The notes beneath the pieces are model-generated. The model saw nothing but the letters and a program-made list of their open reading frames with translations. It did not search any database and was not told where the DNA came from. Positions 14,201-26,216 of a stretch of 64,000 bases of DNA are shown here, piece by piece. The DNA lies in NCBI RefSeq assembly GCF_052425735.1, contig NC_135759.1, positions 31,682,001 through 31,746,000 of the forward strand, written 5' to 3'. The stretch comes from Oculina patagonica. Lineage: Eukaryota. Both the position numbers and the translations under genes were made by a program. Each line of letters begins with the position of its first letter. The stretch's first letter is position 1.

Positions 14201-14594
14201 TACGCAGGAGACAGGCGAATCTTCACCATCACCTCGAATCGTTCTTTTCCGAGAGAGATGTCAATCACCTGACTGTCACGTTACGTCACTACCCGAATTT
14301 GTGAACATCGGGCAGGTTGGATTCCGTTGGATTCGTTTATGCGGACCTTTAGAAAGCACACATTCTTTCTTATTTACCTTGGCATCGATCTCCTCGACCT
14401 TTTCCTTGGCCTCCTGCTCTATAAATGCCATCATATGTTCGATCTACAACACAAGTATAGTAAAGTGTTTTATACGTCGAAGCATGTTCATATCAAAGGG
14501 AAACTTCGTTTTTTAACATTATGGAATTAAAGAAAAGATACGAAATAAAGTTAACACTAACTTGCTTTCGAACTTCTGCGTCGTTCAGAGACAT
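8285..14594 (-). CDS. ATP6V1E1: V-type proton ATPase subunit E, 9 exons, 226 aa
   Basis: Exons: 14594-14562 ([11 protein letters not shown]), 14443-14378 ([22 protein letters not shown]), 13015-12906 ([20 protein letters not shown]), 12401-12335, 11201-11112, 9934-9866 ([14 protein letters not shown]), 9209-9115, 8541-8454 ([17 protein letters not shown]) and 8347-8285 ([20 protein letters not shown]). All introns are GT-AG and the exons total 681 nt in frame. Confidence 0.97.
9619..9794. mobile_element. Tc1/mariner-type MITE
   Basis: TA target duplication, imperfect terminal inverted repeats CAGTGGAACCCC...GGGGTTCCAGTG and internal CGTTATATCG repeats; lies in an ATP6V1E1 intron. Confidence 0.75.
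10124..10678. mobile_element. Tc1/mariner (pogo-like) MITE
   Basis: Perfect 24-bp TIR CCGTATTTATTCGCCTATAAGCCG, TA duplication on both sides, and internal CGGCTTATAG repeats. Confidence 0.85.
11237..11530. repeat. (AAT)n microsatellite followed by a tandem duplication of an approximately 100-bp AT-rich unit; possibly a LINE 3' tail
   Basis: About 11 AAT units at 11238-11270, then TACAATTTGATATAAAAGACAAA...ATTCCTATAGCTAA twice. Confidence 0.6.
11572..11840 (-). mobile_element. tRNA-derived SINE (common cnidarian family)
   Basis: Reverse strand starts with a tRNA-like head (GGCCTAATGGTAAGTGCG). The body CCTGGATGGGATGCTAGTCCAT...CACCTGGGTGGAGAGAGGCAC has a related fragment near 8860-8920, and a head fragment lies at about 9293-9330. 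Confidence 0.7.
12553..12676. mobile_element. Short MITE (AGGCCATTTCCGA TIR, AT flanks)
   Basis: AATAGGCCATTTCCGA ... TCGGAAATGGCCTATT inverted termini. Confidence 0.7.
13594..13759. mobile_element. Short foldback MITE
   Basis: Inverted termini ATTGCTAGCTTGCAAC ... GTTGCAAGCCAGCAAT with partly complementary interior (GCCATGTTGGGG / CCCCAGCATGGC). Confidence 0.6.
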
Positions 14595-15090
14595 CTTGTA
14601 TATTTTCCGTGGTAAAACGATCAAGGAAATCTTCTGTTCTGTGGGAGGAAAGCTTGTGATCGAAGACAGGCTCTAGATGCATGCTGGGAAAACATCGCGC
14701 TCGCTCGTTCCCAGTGGCTCGTTGAGGCCTCGTTCGAGTTTGGACGCTGGGGAGATGAAAAGAAATCGCGCGAGGAACCCGCGCACCCTCGTTCTCCCCT
14801 ACTTGTTAGCGTCCATGCTAGGAGGGTCTACTTGTTTCACCACGCAGCGCTTCATCAGCAAAGTATCATGACAAAGTACCAAAGCCAATAGAGCGATGCC
14901 ATTATTCTGAACAGAAGTATTTTAAACTACCAGGAGGATCGTGGACCCTGGGGACGAGAATGACACACGCCATGTTACAAATCATCAAATCACCAGTGCT
15001 GCGTGCAGGCTCCCTTGATGCTGAGAGGAGACTGTTGAATGATTGTTCTGAAGATGTTCTTAAATAGGATCAGATTGCCGCGACGTGAAC
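14595..15090. promoter_or_regulatory. Probable bidirectional promoter between ATP6V1E1 and the downstream gene
   Basis: The two ATGs (14594 on -, 15091 on +) are about 500 bp apart. The interval is CpG-rich and contains TCGCGCGA and a CCAAT near 14884. Confidence 0.5.
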
Positions 15091-15939
15091 ATGACAACGA
15101 TGACTGCATTGGCCGTAGAAGCAGCTCAAACTGCGGTGGAAATCGCAATAGCAGAATTTGCCGAGTCTTTAGCAGGTGCGATTGTTTAACACAATTGTAA
15201 TAAGGTTGATCCCAGGTCAGTAACTTTGGGCGTGCATGCGGGAAAAAATAACCCCGAGAAAATAACTTGGACGTGGCTCAGACTCAGCATTTCAAACAGT
15301 AGGGCTCATTGCATAGAAAAGGAAACGGTCGTAGTCGCGGAAGAATGCGAGATTTCTTTTTCTCCTTGATTTCGGCGCACCCTTAGTAGAAAGAAGAGAG
15401 AGGGTTGTTATACCATGTGAGTGGATGATTTAGCTAACGCGCCTTTCGTTTCGTGATTTGATACATGCTTGATCAGACTGAGTTCTCGTGCAATAGCGTC
15501 AGTGACGTGTGGCGACGTAAGTTTCTCTAGTAGTAATCCATTCAACAGATCAGGTCAAAAGGATAAGAGTTCAGGATTATAAAAAGTAAATTAAATGTTG
15601 ATTCAAATTGGTTACGGAACAGCACCAGAACCACCTGAAATTTAGCGACTCAGAGAGCGGAAGGTTAACATCTGAACTCTACAGAACGACAAGTTATCCT
15701 TCAATTTTCCGCTGGCCACAAGCAAGCTATGAGCTCCTGACCTTTCTGTTGTTACCTTGCCATTATAGTTTGTTTGTCACTTTGTGTCTATTAACACGTA
15801 AAAACTAACCGTAAACAGCTGTTTTTACTTAGGAAACGTGCGTGAGGTTTTTCGCTGAGCAGATCAGTTGCGAAGAGTATCAGTTACGTAAACCGATTAA
15901 CTTTGGGGCGGACGTCAACCTCAACGAATACGACCACGA

Positions 15940-16213
15940 GATCAGTTTACTCCAACAGCTATTAGCCTCCTTGTATCCAGCTTGTCCAGTACATTTACTG
16001 TATATGTATAGAGAACTATAGACACTATAAGGTCATCAATAAGTCAGAGGTACTGGCCATAACACGGAGTTTGGTAGTGTGTTTGAATGTGGAGTTGAAT
16101 TCGGGACGACTAAACACAAATCCATCTAGTGGCACTGCCAGGGCAAGGAGGATTCGAACCCGGGGCCTCCGCATTACAAGTCCAGCGCTCTAACCACTGG
16201 GCCACGCTGCCTC
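15940..16213 (-). mobile_element. tRNA-derived SINE
   Basis: Reverse strand reads GGAGGCAGCGTGGCCCAGTGGTTAGAGCGCTGGACTTGTAA...GGGTTCGAATCC (A and B boxes), followed by a non-tRNA body; similar head at 39872. Confidence 0.7.
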
Positions 16214-17263
16214 CTCCTCTCTGTATTTCAGAAGTATTTAAAACTATAAACTGTGATACTTAATTTGTTTTTTCGTAGAGTCATCTGTAAACAATGTGGC
16301 GAAAAAAATCGGAAATTCAGCACTGGAAGGTGCAGAGAAAGTTGCTGAAGAATATGCAGTATCCGCAGTGAAAGGCAAAGACCTACCAACAGTACAAACA
16401 CAAAATGAAACCACGGTGAGTTACTTTGCGGAGTCATCTTGATCACGGACTTTGCGATCAAGACCGGTTTCCCGTTTTATGTAAACACAATATTCGAATC
16501 TCAGGTTACAATATCCGGGCGATCCATGATCCACACAGGAGGATATTGCCTGTTTCGGTTGGTATCTGAAACACGTTTTGTTTGATTGGTTTCAAATTTA
16601 GTCGAACCTTTCCTTACGGGCACCTACATAATACAGACATCTCTACATGAGGAGTGATAACAAGTAATTTAACCAGATCATATCGGGTCTCAATCTACGA
16701 TAAGGCAAGCTTCTTATACCTAAACAAATCTTTAATTGATTGACTGACAGATTCATTAATTGATTGATAGTTCTATTTTTTATTTTCTTTCTCTATTTTG
16801 ATATGTACGGGGAACACATTTTGAAAAAATTGGCAAAGTTTTTCAAATTCGTCGTTCTATGTTAGAAAGCTATTAATATTCCTTTAATTTAAAAGGAATA
16901 ATAAAAAATGACTTTATATACCGTGACATTGCTCCTTTAAACTCTAGGGTGTTTAATGTGACCACGACTTAGCTGGTTTATTTTAATTATTTTACACACG
17001 TGTTTTTCGTAGAAAACATCTTTAAGGAGTATCCCTGACGATGGAGTGAATATCGATTGCATTGTTTCAGTGACTGGTGAAATCGTTTCTATTGTCGAAA
17101 AAATTGAAACACAGACTGCAGCAATTGGCGAAAATTGTTTAGACGACGACTTAAAAAACAAGCTTGAGTCAATTCATGATGCACTCAAAGGATTATCAGG
17201 CAAGTCTTGGATTGTTTAGGTGTCACGTGGATTATTCACGTAGATCTGTAACCCCCCCCCCCC

Positions 17264-17380
17264 TTGGAGACTCAGGGGCAGTTAGTGGGGGCGGGGGAAA
17301 GCCTATACAGTCGGAAAAAAAATCGGCGCCCGTATAGCCTTTTTCCCGCGCCCACTAACTGCCGCTGGGTCTCCGAGGAT
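17264..17380. mobile_element. Short palindromic (foldback) element
   Basis: GGAGACTCAGGGGCAGTTAGTGGG... pairs with ...CCCACTAACTGCCGCTGGGTCTCC. Confidence 0.6.
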
Positions 17381-20300
17381 GTAACCCACCGATTAATTTC
17401 CACACATTATCATTGGACAAAACAAATCACGTGGTACAAAATCGGACGAAGGGCAGTCTAAAAAAGGCCCCGAGACTGAGAAAGCGAAGCTTCGATGACT
17501 TCTGTGAAGTTTTGAGGACAATCTTTCAGCCAAGGGCATTATCCTTCGTCCAATATACTAGCCGGCTGAAGGATTTTTTTGCTAAATATTGTATTGGAAT
17601 AGATAATCTGCTTGCGTTGTCTAATAAGACGTAGTGTTGTAAAATGGTACAGTTCGAGACCTGACGAAATCCTTTTTGAGTACAAGACGAGAAACGTATC
17701 AGATGACAAGTAAGTTGAAAGGGGATTTGCCATTTTAAGATTCCAAGACCAATACAGACAATTTTGACGAGAGTAATTGAGGAGCGCATAAGAGGCCCTG
17801 TAGACTTGAAGCAACATTTCGTATTAAACAAAATTTTTATTCCACAAATAACTTTTCAGTCATGAATTGTCCTTGACCTGCACCTTGCTTTTACAAAAAT
17901 GTATATCTCTGATGTTACTGACAGAAACGAAGTATAATTAATCTTGCAGGGATTGTGAACATGTTGAATGAAAGCTTAAAGGTTCTCGCCGAGGACACGA
18001 GCCTGGGTGTTATGGAGCTAGAAGAGAAAGACAACGACAAGCCAGTTCATGTCAGCTCCCTGCTGTGGGAATTACTTAGTGACGTCCACACGGTACCAAA
18101 TGATTTAATAGTATATACATATTAGACGGAAACTGCAAAATAATTGAGTTCACTGACATTACAATTAAATGTAGTACAGTTGAACCTCCCTTTTAAACCT
18201 CTCAGCCTCTGTCCCAGACTGGAGAAACCGAACGTAACCTATAAACTGCACCTCAGCTTCAAAACACCTCCATACAACGACGGACAAATCCAACAAATCA
18301 AGAAGCCAAGCTCGAAGGCAACTGTAGAGGACGGTCGCAACGAAGGGCACTAGGCTCTGTTCAGTATACCATCCGCTTGCGGGTTTTATTTTATTTTTGT
18401 TTATTTTAGAATAGGTGCAAATACGGGCCGGTGCAAAATAAAGTGTTGGCCGAGAGTCTCAAGTCAAATAATGTGTCAGAGTTTGATGGTGTGCTGCGAC
18501 TCGAGGAGACTTTCTAAAAGCATTTTCCAAGTTTCCCCTATCCGTTTTTCTTTCGTCGTTGGAAAGAACGAGCTTCAGGTAGCACTTAGTTACAAGTATT
18601 TATTTTAATTTTTCTTTTCTAGTTCTCTGAAGAGGCTGCGCAAATTTCCATTCAATGCACAGAAAAGAAAGAGTGGAAAACTCACAACTTTGAAGTGTTT
18701 AGAAACAGTTTAATACATGCCACAACGGGTTTACTTGCTGTGTGTGAATTACGCCAACTGTGCCCAACTTTACAGGAGAACAACATTCCTGAAAAAGGCG
18801 ACGAGGAAGAATTGCTAGCGTTGCTGGAAAAGAATTTCCCAGATTGGAAGGATTTGATGAAGGCAAAAGCCAAGAGAGATGTTGATAAACTGGTTTTACA
18901 GGAAGCAATTGCTGCCAGCAAGCAATGCTTCCATCCAAATGGTTAAACGTTTCGTCAAAGAGGTAACGAGATTCTAACCTAAACCATGCCTCTAGAAACA
19001 CAATTACTTAACGCTTTAGAGATTTTCAATTGAGTGTCCAAAGTAATTAATCTAAAATTGGTTTAAAAATAAAACTTGCGTCACCTCCTAAGCCAATCAG
19101 ATGGTAAACTAACAGATGGTTGCTTGAAATTCAATCGAAAAAACTGCTCTTGTTTGCAAGGCTAGCACACTGGCAAGCTAATTATAACTGAGGAGAACGG
19201 CCAAGAGAACAATTACAATCACGAACTAGGATAAATATATTGACGGAAGCGTGGCCAGATTTGTATCATTAATATTAATTAAAACAAGTATATGACAATC
19301 CGTAAGAATGGATTTGTTATAATATTTACTGTCTTGACTTCAGACTTGTTCAATAATCCATGTATTGTATTGGTGAGTTTTTTTTTTACTAACATTAGAA
19401 ACAGTTTTCAAATACTGATCAAAATGAATACCTGCTCGTTTCACCCAACTAATCTACGATATCTTTCCTTTATTTTATTCTTTTAAAGAAATTCACCTCT
19501 GAAATCAAACAACAAATTACTTCCAAAATTACGAATGCAGCAAAAACAGCAGGAAATGCCACAGTTCAAAAAGTCTTCAGTGACCGCCGTAGTCGCATCA
19601 TTGCTATATCCAAGATTCCTTACTATAGTTGGGGAAAGACAGTCGCTCTTATTACTGATGCTTTAAATGGTGCCAAAGCAGAAGGCTGAGAAAGCCGCAA
19701 GAGAGAGCGTGAAGAATGCGTTGACAACAGAAGTCTTGGTAAGTATCAATTTAAAGAGACTCTTTCACGGGGATTTCGCAGATTTTTGATCTAAACTGTT
19801 CTGAAATTAGTGGTAGGCAACTTAACCCTAAATAAACATTATCTTTGAACATCTAAAGAAGTATATAACCTTAACCTTGGATAGAAATCAAGCCCTGGCT
19901 ATAAATATCGATATTTCGAAGACGCGTGAAAAAACTTGAAAACGTTTGTCTAACTTTTTTCAAATTGCAATCCGTTTCCATCCGAGCCATCCGCAGCCAA
20001 AGATGCTCGTTAACAGTTTCAGTACTTTGATATAGCAATTTGTAATAAATTTTGGCGGTTCAAAATAAAATAATATTTTGTTCTATGTATAATATTTGAA
20101 GCGTAATATTTTAAAGCAAGAGTCAAATAAACATGATGTAGAAATTAGACATGCCTTATATAAACGTGCACCGCAGACGTATTTTATTGAGCGAGCGCAT
20201 TTTGATCGGGTGAGCGCCATTTTGGATTCGATCTCGGGAGAGGCTTGGGGAGAGAGGAAGCATCCTAGAGAGCAGTTAGCGAGCAGAAGACCAAAAACAG

Positions 20301-20601
20301 AAATTGGCCGCCAGCTTTACAGAATTAAGACAACATATGTCTTTGTGAGTTTGTTAAAGGGACGAATTTCGGTTGATATCTTACAGGATCACATTAAGGT
20401 GATATCACAAGAGCTGCCTGGTGTGGTGGTGTCAGAGCACATGTCTGAACTGGATGCTGCTGTTCAACAAGCCATTAACAACACAGTGGAACTCTTCAAG
20501 CCAATCAGTAAGATTTTCCTTCTCATGTTAGTTTAATGATTAGATGTTCAGAAAGTTTTGTCTCCTCTATTTCCGTGCATAGCTGGACAGCCTAGTATTA
20601 A

Positions 20602-21029
20602 GGGGCTCCGCACACGTGGGGACATGTCTCAGGGACATGTTGCACCAACATGTAGCAGCGACAAAATCATGTGTTGTTCACACTGAGGGGACATGTAGCA
20701 GGGACGATTTTGCGGCAGTTTTGTCCCTGCGACATGTTGCACGGATTTTAACTCGTTGGACTGCGTGCAACATGTTGCAGGGACAAACGTTGCAAGAATT
20801 CATGTTGCACGCGCCAAAAACTATCAGCACACACGAGGGGACATTTCGATGCAACATGTCCCCGCTACATTTTCTTGCGTGTGAACACATTGTGATTTTG
20901 TCGCTGCTACATGTCCCCGCTACACGTCCCTGCTACATGTCCTCTCAGTGTGAGCAACACATAATTTTGTCGCTGCCTCATGTCGCTGAGACATGTCCCT
21001 GCGTCTTGACCCCACGTGTGCGGAGACCT
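20602..21029. mobile_element. PIF/Harbinger-like MITE
   Basis: Inverted termini GGGGCTCCGCACACGTGGGG ... CCCCACGTGTGCGGAGACC, TAA/TTA flanks, and internal mirrored GGGACATGT / ACATGTCCC repeats. Confidence 0.75.
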
Positions 21030-22384
21030 TTACAGTCAAGCTTCTATTAAACGGTCATTTCAATGGCCAGTTGACCGCTTTCTACAAGTTGACCGTTTAA
21101 TACAGAGTCGTGGGACAGACCCACACAAGATGAATTGGGCGTAGTATAAAATGGTTTATATCACTCTGAAATTTGTAAAAGGAAATCAGTTACGGCTTTT
21201 GATTAACTAGAATGGCCATATTTGATGAACATGTATGGCTTCCTTAATACAGGGATTAAAACTTACAGGACTTTTAGAACTGATCACTGAATGAGGTTTG
21301 ACCTTCTTGTGTTAGGCTGTTACAGATTAGAGCTTTTAGAAACAAAACTCCCTGCTCGTCTTCTAATAAATGATCAATGGTTTGTCAGTATCTTTTATAA
21401 TAGAAGTTTTATAACATTGTAGTTTTATAACATTGTAGTTTTTAATATATTTTAATGTAAATAGCTTTTAATATTTTTTAAATCTTGTAATATATATAGT
21501 TTTTATTCATTTACACGTAATTCAGTCTAAGGACTGCCAAGTGTAAAAGTTTTTTAATAATAAACGATATTTCTTCTTCTTCTTCTACGTCCATTATCAT
21601 TCTAATAATTTTCGTCTTTTTTTGCAGGTGAAACAGCGCTAAATTTTCATGACGACGAACATTCTCAGAACGAATTATAATCAAGGGGGATTGGCTTAAT
21701 TGGATTAATTTCCAAGTTATCGAAGAAAATATGCGTAAAGACTGCTGAAGGCGTGTTTAACACAGAGGTTTCCCAGTAAACAACAGACGAGGAAGATAAT
21801 CAGAGCTCCATCATAAGTCGAAGTATTTAAAGGAGCTGTGTAACCCGCACAAATAAATACTGAAGCACCATTTCAATTCTCTTTTACGTATGAAGAATTG
21901 ACAAGCGTTACCGGAATATAGTACCCTTCAAAAATCACAAATCTACGTTGTATCGGCCTCTGCTTTTATTAAAGTTGGTATAGGGTGCTTGTGCTATACT
22001 TACAAAACTGTGTAGTGTAAAGACTGAAGAAAGGAAAGGAAAATAAATATGGGTTGCTAGTGCTGTTTTGAATAACGCTGAGTTCTTGTTTGATGTAACG
22101 ATTGCTGAACATACAGATATAGTTTGGAAATGCGGGGAAAGAAATGCCTTGAGGAGAAGAGGGTAGAAATGTCCGAGGGAAATATAAATAGCACGTTTCT
22201 TGCATTTTTACTTATTTTGTCAAGTCGAAACAAGCATATGATATGAAATACTCTACCACTAAATCTCCAACATGTGCAGCAGGATTCGTTGATGTAACAC
22301 CGCGAGACGACGCCCATTGTTACTTTCTGAGGTCGTTATGTTAGCTCATCCCTCGACGGTTGACTCAGTACCAAGGCATCTATC

Positions 22385-22628
22385 AATCTCGTTCCCAGAG
22401 CCTTGACCAGCGGTCGGGAAACTCAACAGCTCTGGGCTAATCCAAAACCTGAACCAGAAAATCCTGGTTCCGCATTGATTGTGCGCGTGCGTCGGAGATT
22501 GTGGTGAAACGAACATGTTTTCAACAGCCAATCAGGGTCGGTCTCCTTTGTGGCGGGCTTTCAGATTTGCCCAGACGTCCCCGTTCCTGGCGCAGACCAG
22601 AAGGATCGCGGCCTCTGGGGACGAGATC
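22385..22628. mobile_element. CTCGTTCCCAG...CTGGGGACGAG foldback mini-element
   Basis: Inverted termini ATCTCGTTCCCAGAG / CTCTGGGGACGAGAT; related ends occur near 14704 and 14947. Confidence 0.6.
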
Positions 22629-25075
22629 ACGCTGGGCTCTTCACCGCAATGGACGTAGCTAAAAGCTTTGCAATTCTAGTGCGCGAGGGTACATGCTTGT
22701 AGATCAAGTAAGTCGATCAGTTTACATTCATATTTATAAAGGTCCTTTACATTGTTTATTTAATTTCATTAAAAAAGTGACATGCTCTTGTTGCTAAGCA
22801 CCCCCTGCGGGTTAGGATAGAATGTTGTTCCGAAGAGAAAAACCATCAAATTGTGTAATTTGCTCGAAGAAGGCCTTGATAAAAAAATTCTAAAAATTTC
22901 TTTGTAAATGAGACTGAATTTTAAAGACTGATTTGCACAGCTGAGAAAGATGTCTTTAATTTCTGTTCATGCAGGGGACTAATAATAATGGAACTAAACA
23001 TGTCAGTGCTGGGCCTCGTTGTGCAAAGATAGCCAATTAATTAAAGGTAGGTTGACTTTCTATTAGATCTTCTTGGAAATAAACCTACACCGTTTAACTA
23101 ACTTTGTAGATATCAAACTTATTCATTCTTCTTTCCTTTAAAAAAATTAAAAACGATTCTTTTGATTTTGAAAACAAAGAAGCTGTTATGTTACGGGCAA
23201 TGAGATGCCTTCATTGTCAAAATACCTGACGTCGGCTTGCTGAGCAAACAGCAGGGTAATATAATTTGTAATTTTGTTTCATTGAGAAGATAAACTAAAA
23301 GTACCCACAGACGCTACCCCGTCGAAGCAGGTAACAGGTAAGAAAACTTTAGAAAAAGCTTATCTGTAGCCGGACAAAGCGTTTCATTTTACAGATACTG
23401 TAGTAACCATTCACTTACCATTATTTTGTCTTTTGTTAAAACTCGTATAATAAACTAGTTACTGTAGTCATTGCAAAAATAATTAGTCAGAAAGCCACCA
23501 CCAATTCATAATGTACACGACATTTTGGAAGGAAAGATTGAGTAGTGTTAACTGTACGAGTTTTAAGTTAATCGTTAAAAAGTATATGCATGTTCATCGT
23601 TCGGCCTACCGGTTTTCCTGCCGTTCACAAAAGTCACCTCCTATGCTTGGCTACACACCGGTTTGATAGGTGGATCCTGACGCGGCGTAATAATTCTTAC
23701 TACAGTTTTCAAAGTTTCGTCAGACCGGTTGGATTATTATTCGACCGATAAGCTTCATTCTGGGCTGTATGTAGTTATTATTATTATTCAGTTGCATAAT
23801 TCGTGCGAAGGTTTCAAACATCAAAGTGTGGTAGAGAATTTCACAAGGCCGATTGAATTTTCTTGTTGGCCTTACTAGCATCGAAAAGAGCGTAGAACGG
23901 ATTTGAGTGCCTCTTTCCTTGTTTTATTTTGCTTGTTTTATTTTGTTGTAAGAGCTTATTATTTGAGCAAGTGAAAGATAAACTCGGCCAGAATATAGTA
24001 GTCATGGAAAACAAAACGTTCCTAGAATAAAAAGGTGTTGACTGGCTACAATATGTACAGTAGTACATTATTCTTCACCAAAAAGATGTCAGTTTTTATT
24101 AAACAAAATGTGCGTTCAGGGTACCTGCAGCAGTTCAACAACCTTTTTCTATTTTTTTTTCCATTATTAAGTACCTCCACTGACCGATTGTTAACACAAA
24201 TTAGTGAGAAACATGCAAGTCTTCGTATACAGCTCTTAGAAGAATGTAAATAACAATATCTGTCTTAGTACTGGTTATTAGTTTACCGGCATTTGCTATT
24301 CGCAGTATTTCTTCTCTTGTCAAAGCTTTTATACACCTTATTTAGTTTGTGAGATGCATTATTTTATAAAAGCATCGTCTTTCTTGGGCTGAATGTAAAC
24401 TTTCCTTAATTGTAGAGGATTACAGTCCGACTATATTGTTAAGGAGTTGTAATTTAAAAAAATGAAAACAAGTCGATGCTTATAAAGAACTCCGTTCATT
24501 GAAATGGTACACGAACAGTTGTTACTTAATCACTATGATGGAGATAAAAGTGTTGGTTGCAGAGCATGTAGCTTTCCAGTTGGAAGGGATAGCAATTATT
24601 TCTGTAAGTTAACTCAGTGGGTGTATTTTGAAACAAAACGAAAACCAAAGTTTGTCTGTAACTGAGGGACTAACCAATTAGTTGTCTGTGGTTTTTGTGG
24701 TTTCAAGATCACATTGTGTGTTTGGTCAAAACAAACTCAACATTTTAATAATAATAATAATAAAATTAACGCTTTTATTGCTTTGACCGTAAGAAAAACA
24801 AACATAAAATAAAATATTTAGGAAATTATTGTTATTGATTTCGATAAAATTATTTGATCAATTAACCAGGGCTTTACTAATGATTTCTAACAATATATCC
24901 CTCATCACAGCGTTTAATTCGTTTCTTCTTAGCATCTGTCCAAAACGGTTTTTTATACAGCTTTTAAGCCCTGCCCCTGATATCCCTTATATAAGCACTC
25001 CCTGAGTAACAGGCCCAATCAGAATCCCTCACGAAGTTGTATAAGCCCAGAGCAAATAACCAGCATTTCACGATG

Positions 25076-25591
25076 CAGTCAACTCTCTCTAAGACGGACA
25101 CCCGGGACCGGCCGCAGCTGTCCATCTTAGAGAGGTGTCCGCCGAGAGAGTCGAGAAACATGACACCAGTATTCTAAGATAATAAAGCTTAACCTGCACA
25201 ATGCAACAAACCTTGCTAACGCAACAAGACTTAGTAAAAAAGGACCGATTTGCTTGTTAAAGCAAAATGAAGCTTCACCTGTAAACTGAGTAGAAAACGA
25301 CCTCTTAGTGTCCATACACTAAGAAGAAGACCGAGCGTCATTGCTTTTGGTAACTAAGCTGAACACGTATCCTTAGGGCACTGACTAAGCAGTCGACGAA
25401 GTGGAAGTATTTTACTACTAACTATAAAAAAACACTTCTCAAGTGTCCGTTAATGATTCAAAGTGTCCGTGTCCGCAGAGGTGTCCATCTATAGGGAGTT
25501 TGTACAGAAAATGACTGAAAAACGGCAGGGACCATCACCAGGTGTCCGTCTAGGAGGGCCACTATAGAGGGGCGTAGGGAGAGTCGACTGT
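25076..25591. mobile_element. Tc1/mariner-type MITE (CAGTCAACTCTC family)
   Basis: CAGTCAACTCTCTCTAAGACGGACACC ... GGTGTCCGTC...GAGAGTCGACTG; a related copy lies at about 53294-53439. Confidence 0.65.
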
Positions 25592-26216
25592 GGCAGAAGA
25601 GGGTTGGAAAACGACATAATTAAAACTATGCTAAAGCCATTTATTTGGGTAAACAATTTTTTTTTCAAAAGATTAATGATAGTTGTAAACTCATCCCTTA
25701 TCAAGAAGATTGGGCAACTGTGCTTTAAATAAAACTCAGTCACGAAAAAGTAATGTGACTGTCGTATCTATTATTTTACATTTAATACTTTTCAATAACT
25801 AAACAGAAGATACCGCCATGATTCGAATTCGAATACACACGGTAAAGAGAAAATATACCCACTGTAAACCAAACTGGTCTCTGATGAAAGATGAAGGAAA
25901 TGTGTGAAAACTAGCTAGTTGAATCTGAACTTACATTTGAATCCTGATAACTCAAACCTTTAACGGAAATTGAAAAAAAAAAGGCTCGAGTTATTGGGGA
26001 TTCGATTTATCGAGGGTCACTGGGTTCGAGTTAGCGGGAGGTCCGAGTTATCGGGATTCAACTGTAGTTCCAAAGATTTACCGTAACAATCAGGGAAAAT
26101 TGCCTTAACTTTCTATTACTGTTTTTTTTTGTTTGCTTATTAATCTTATTATTCATCTTACTATTATTGTAATTCAATTAGTTGCAGTAAGCCAGTCCAG
26201 TCTCGTCTTCCAACTC

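Larger units (their letters stand above)
15091..21680 (+). pseudogene. Uncharacterised approximately 455-aa helical protein gene, 9 exons, with three +1 frame lesions (pseudogene or consensus errors)
   Basis: Exons 15091-15175, 15833-15887, 16279-16415, 17013-17199 (GC donor), 17950-18092, 18623-18962, 19489-19738, 20387-20507 and 21628-21680 (...DDEHSQNEL*), with AATAAA near 21852. Phases are consistent except that exons 2, 6 and 7 are each 3n+1, giving stops at about 15856 (TGA), 18944 (TAA) and 19687 (TGA). Confidence 0.7.

Noticed and set aside
14276-14290. CLEAR/CRE-like GTCACGTTACGTCAC in ATP6V1E1 intron 2
   Set aside because: Plausible for a V-ATPase gene, but a single imperfect motif is insufficient evidence.
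16140-16213. tRNA-like sequences here and at 39872 and 9293
   Set aside because: Stems do not close properly and two of them continue into SINE bodies; these are SINE heads, not tRNA genes.
15850-19690. In-frame TGA codons as selenocysteine in the 15-21 kb gene
   Set aside because: Exon lengths (3n+1) show that frameshifts, not readthrough, are needed to rejoin the downstream exons.
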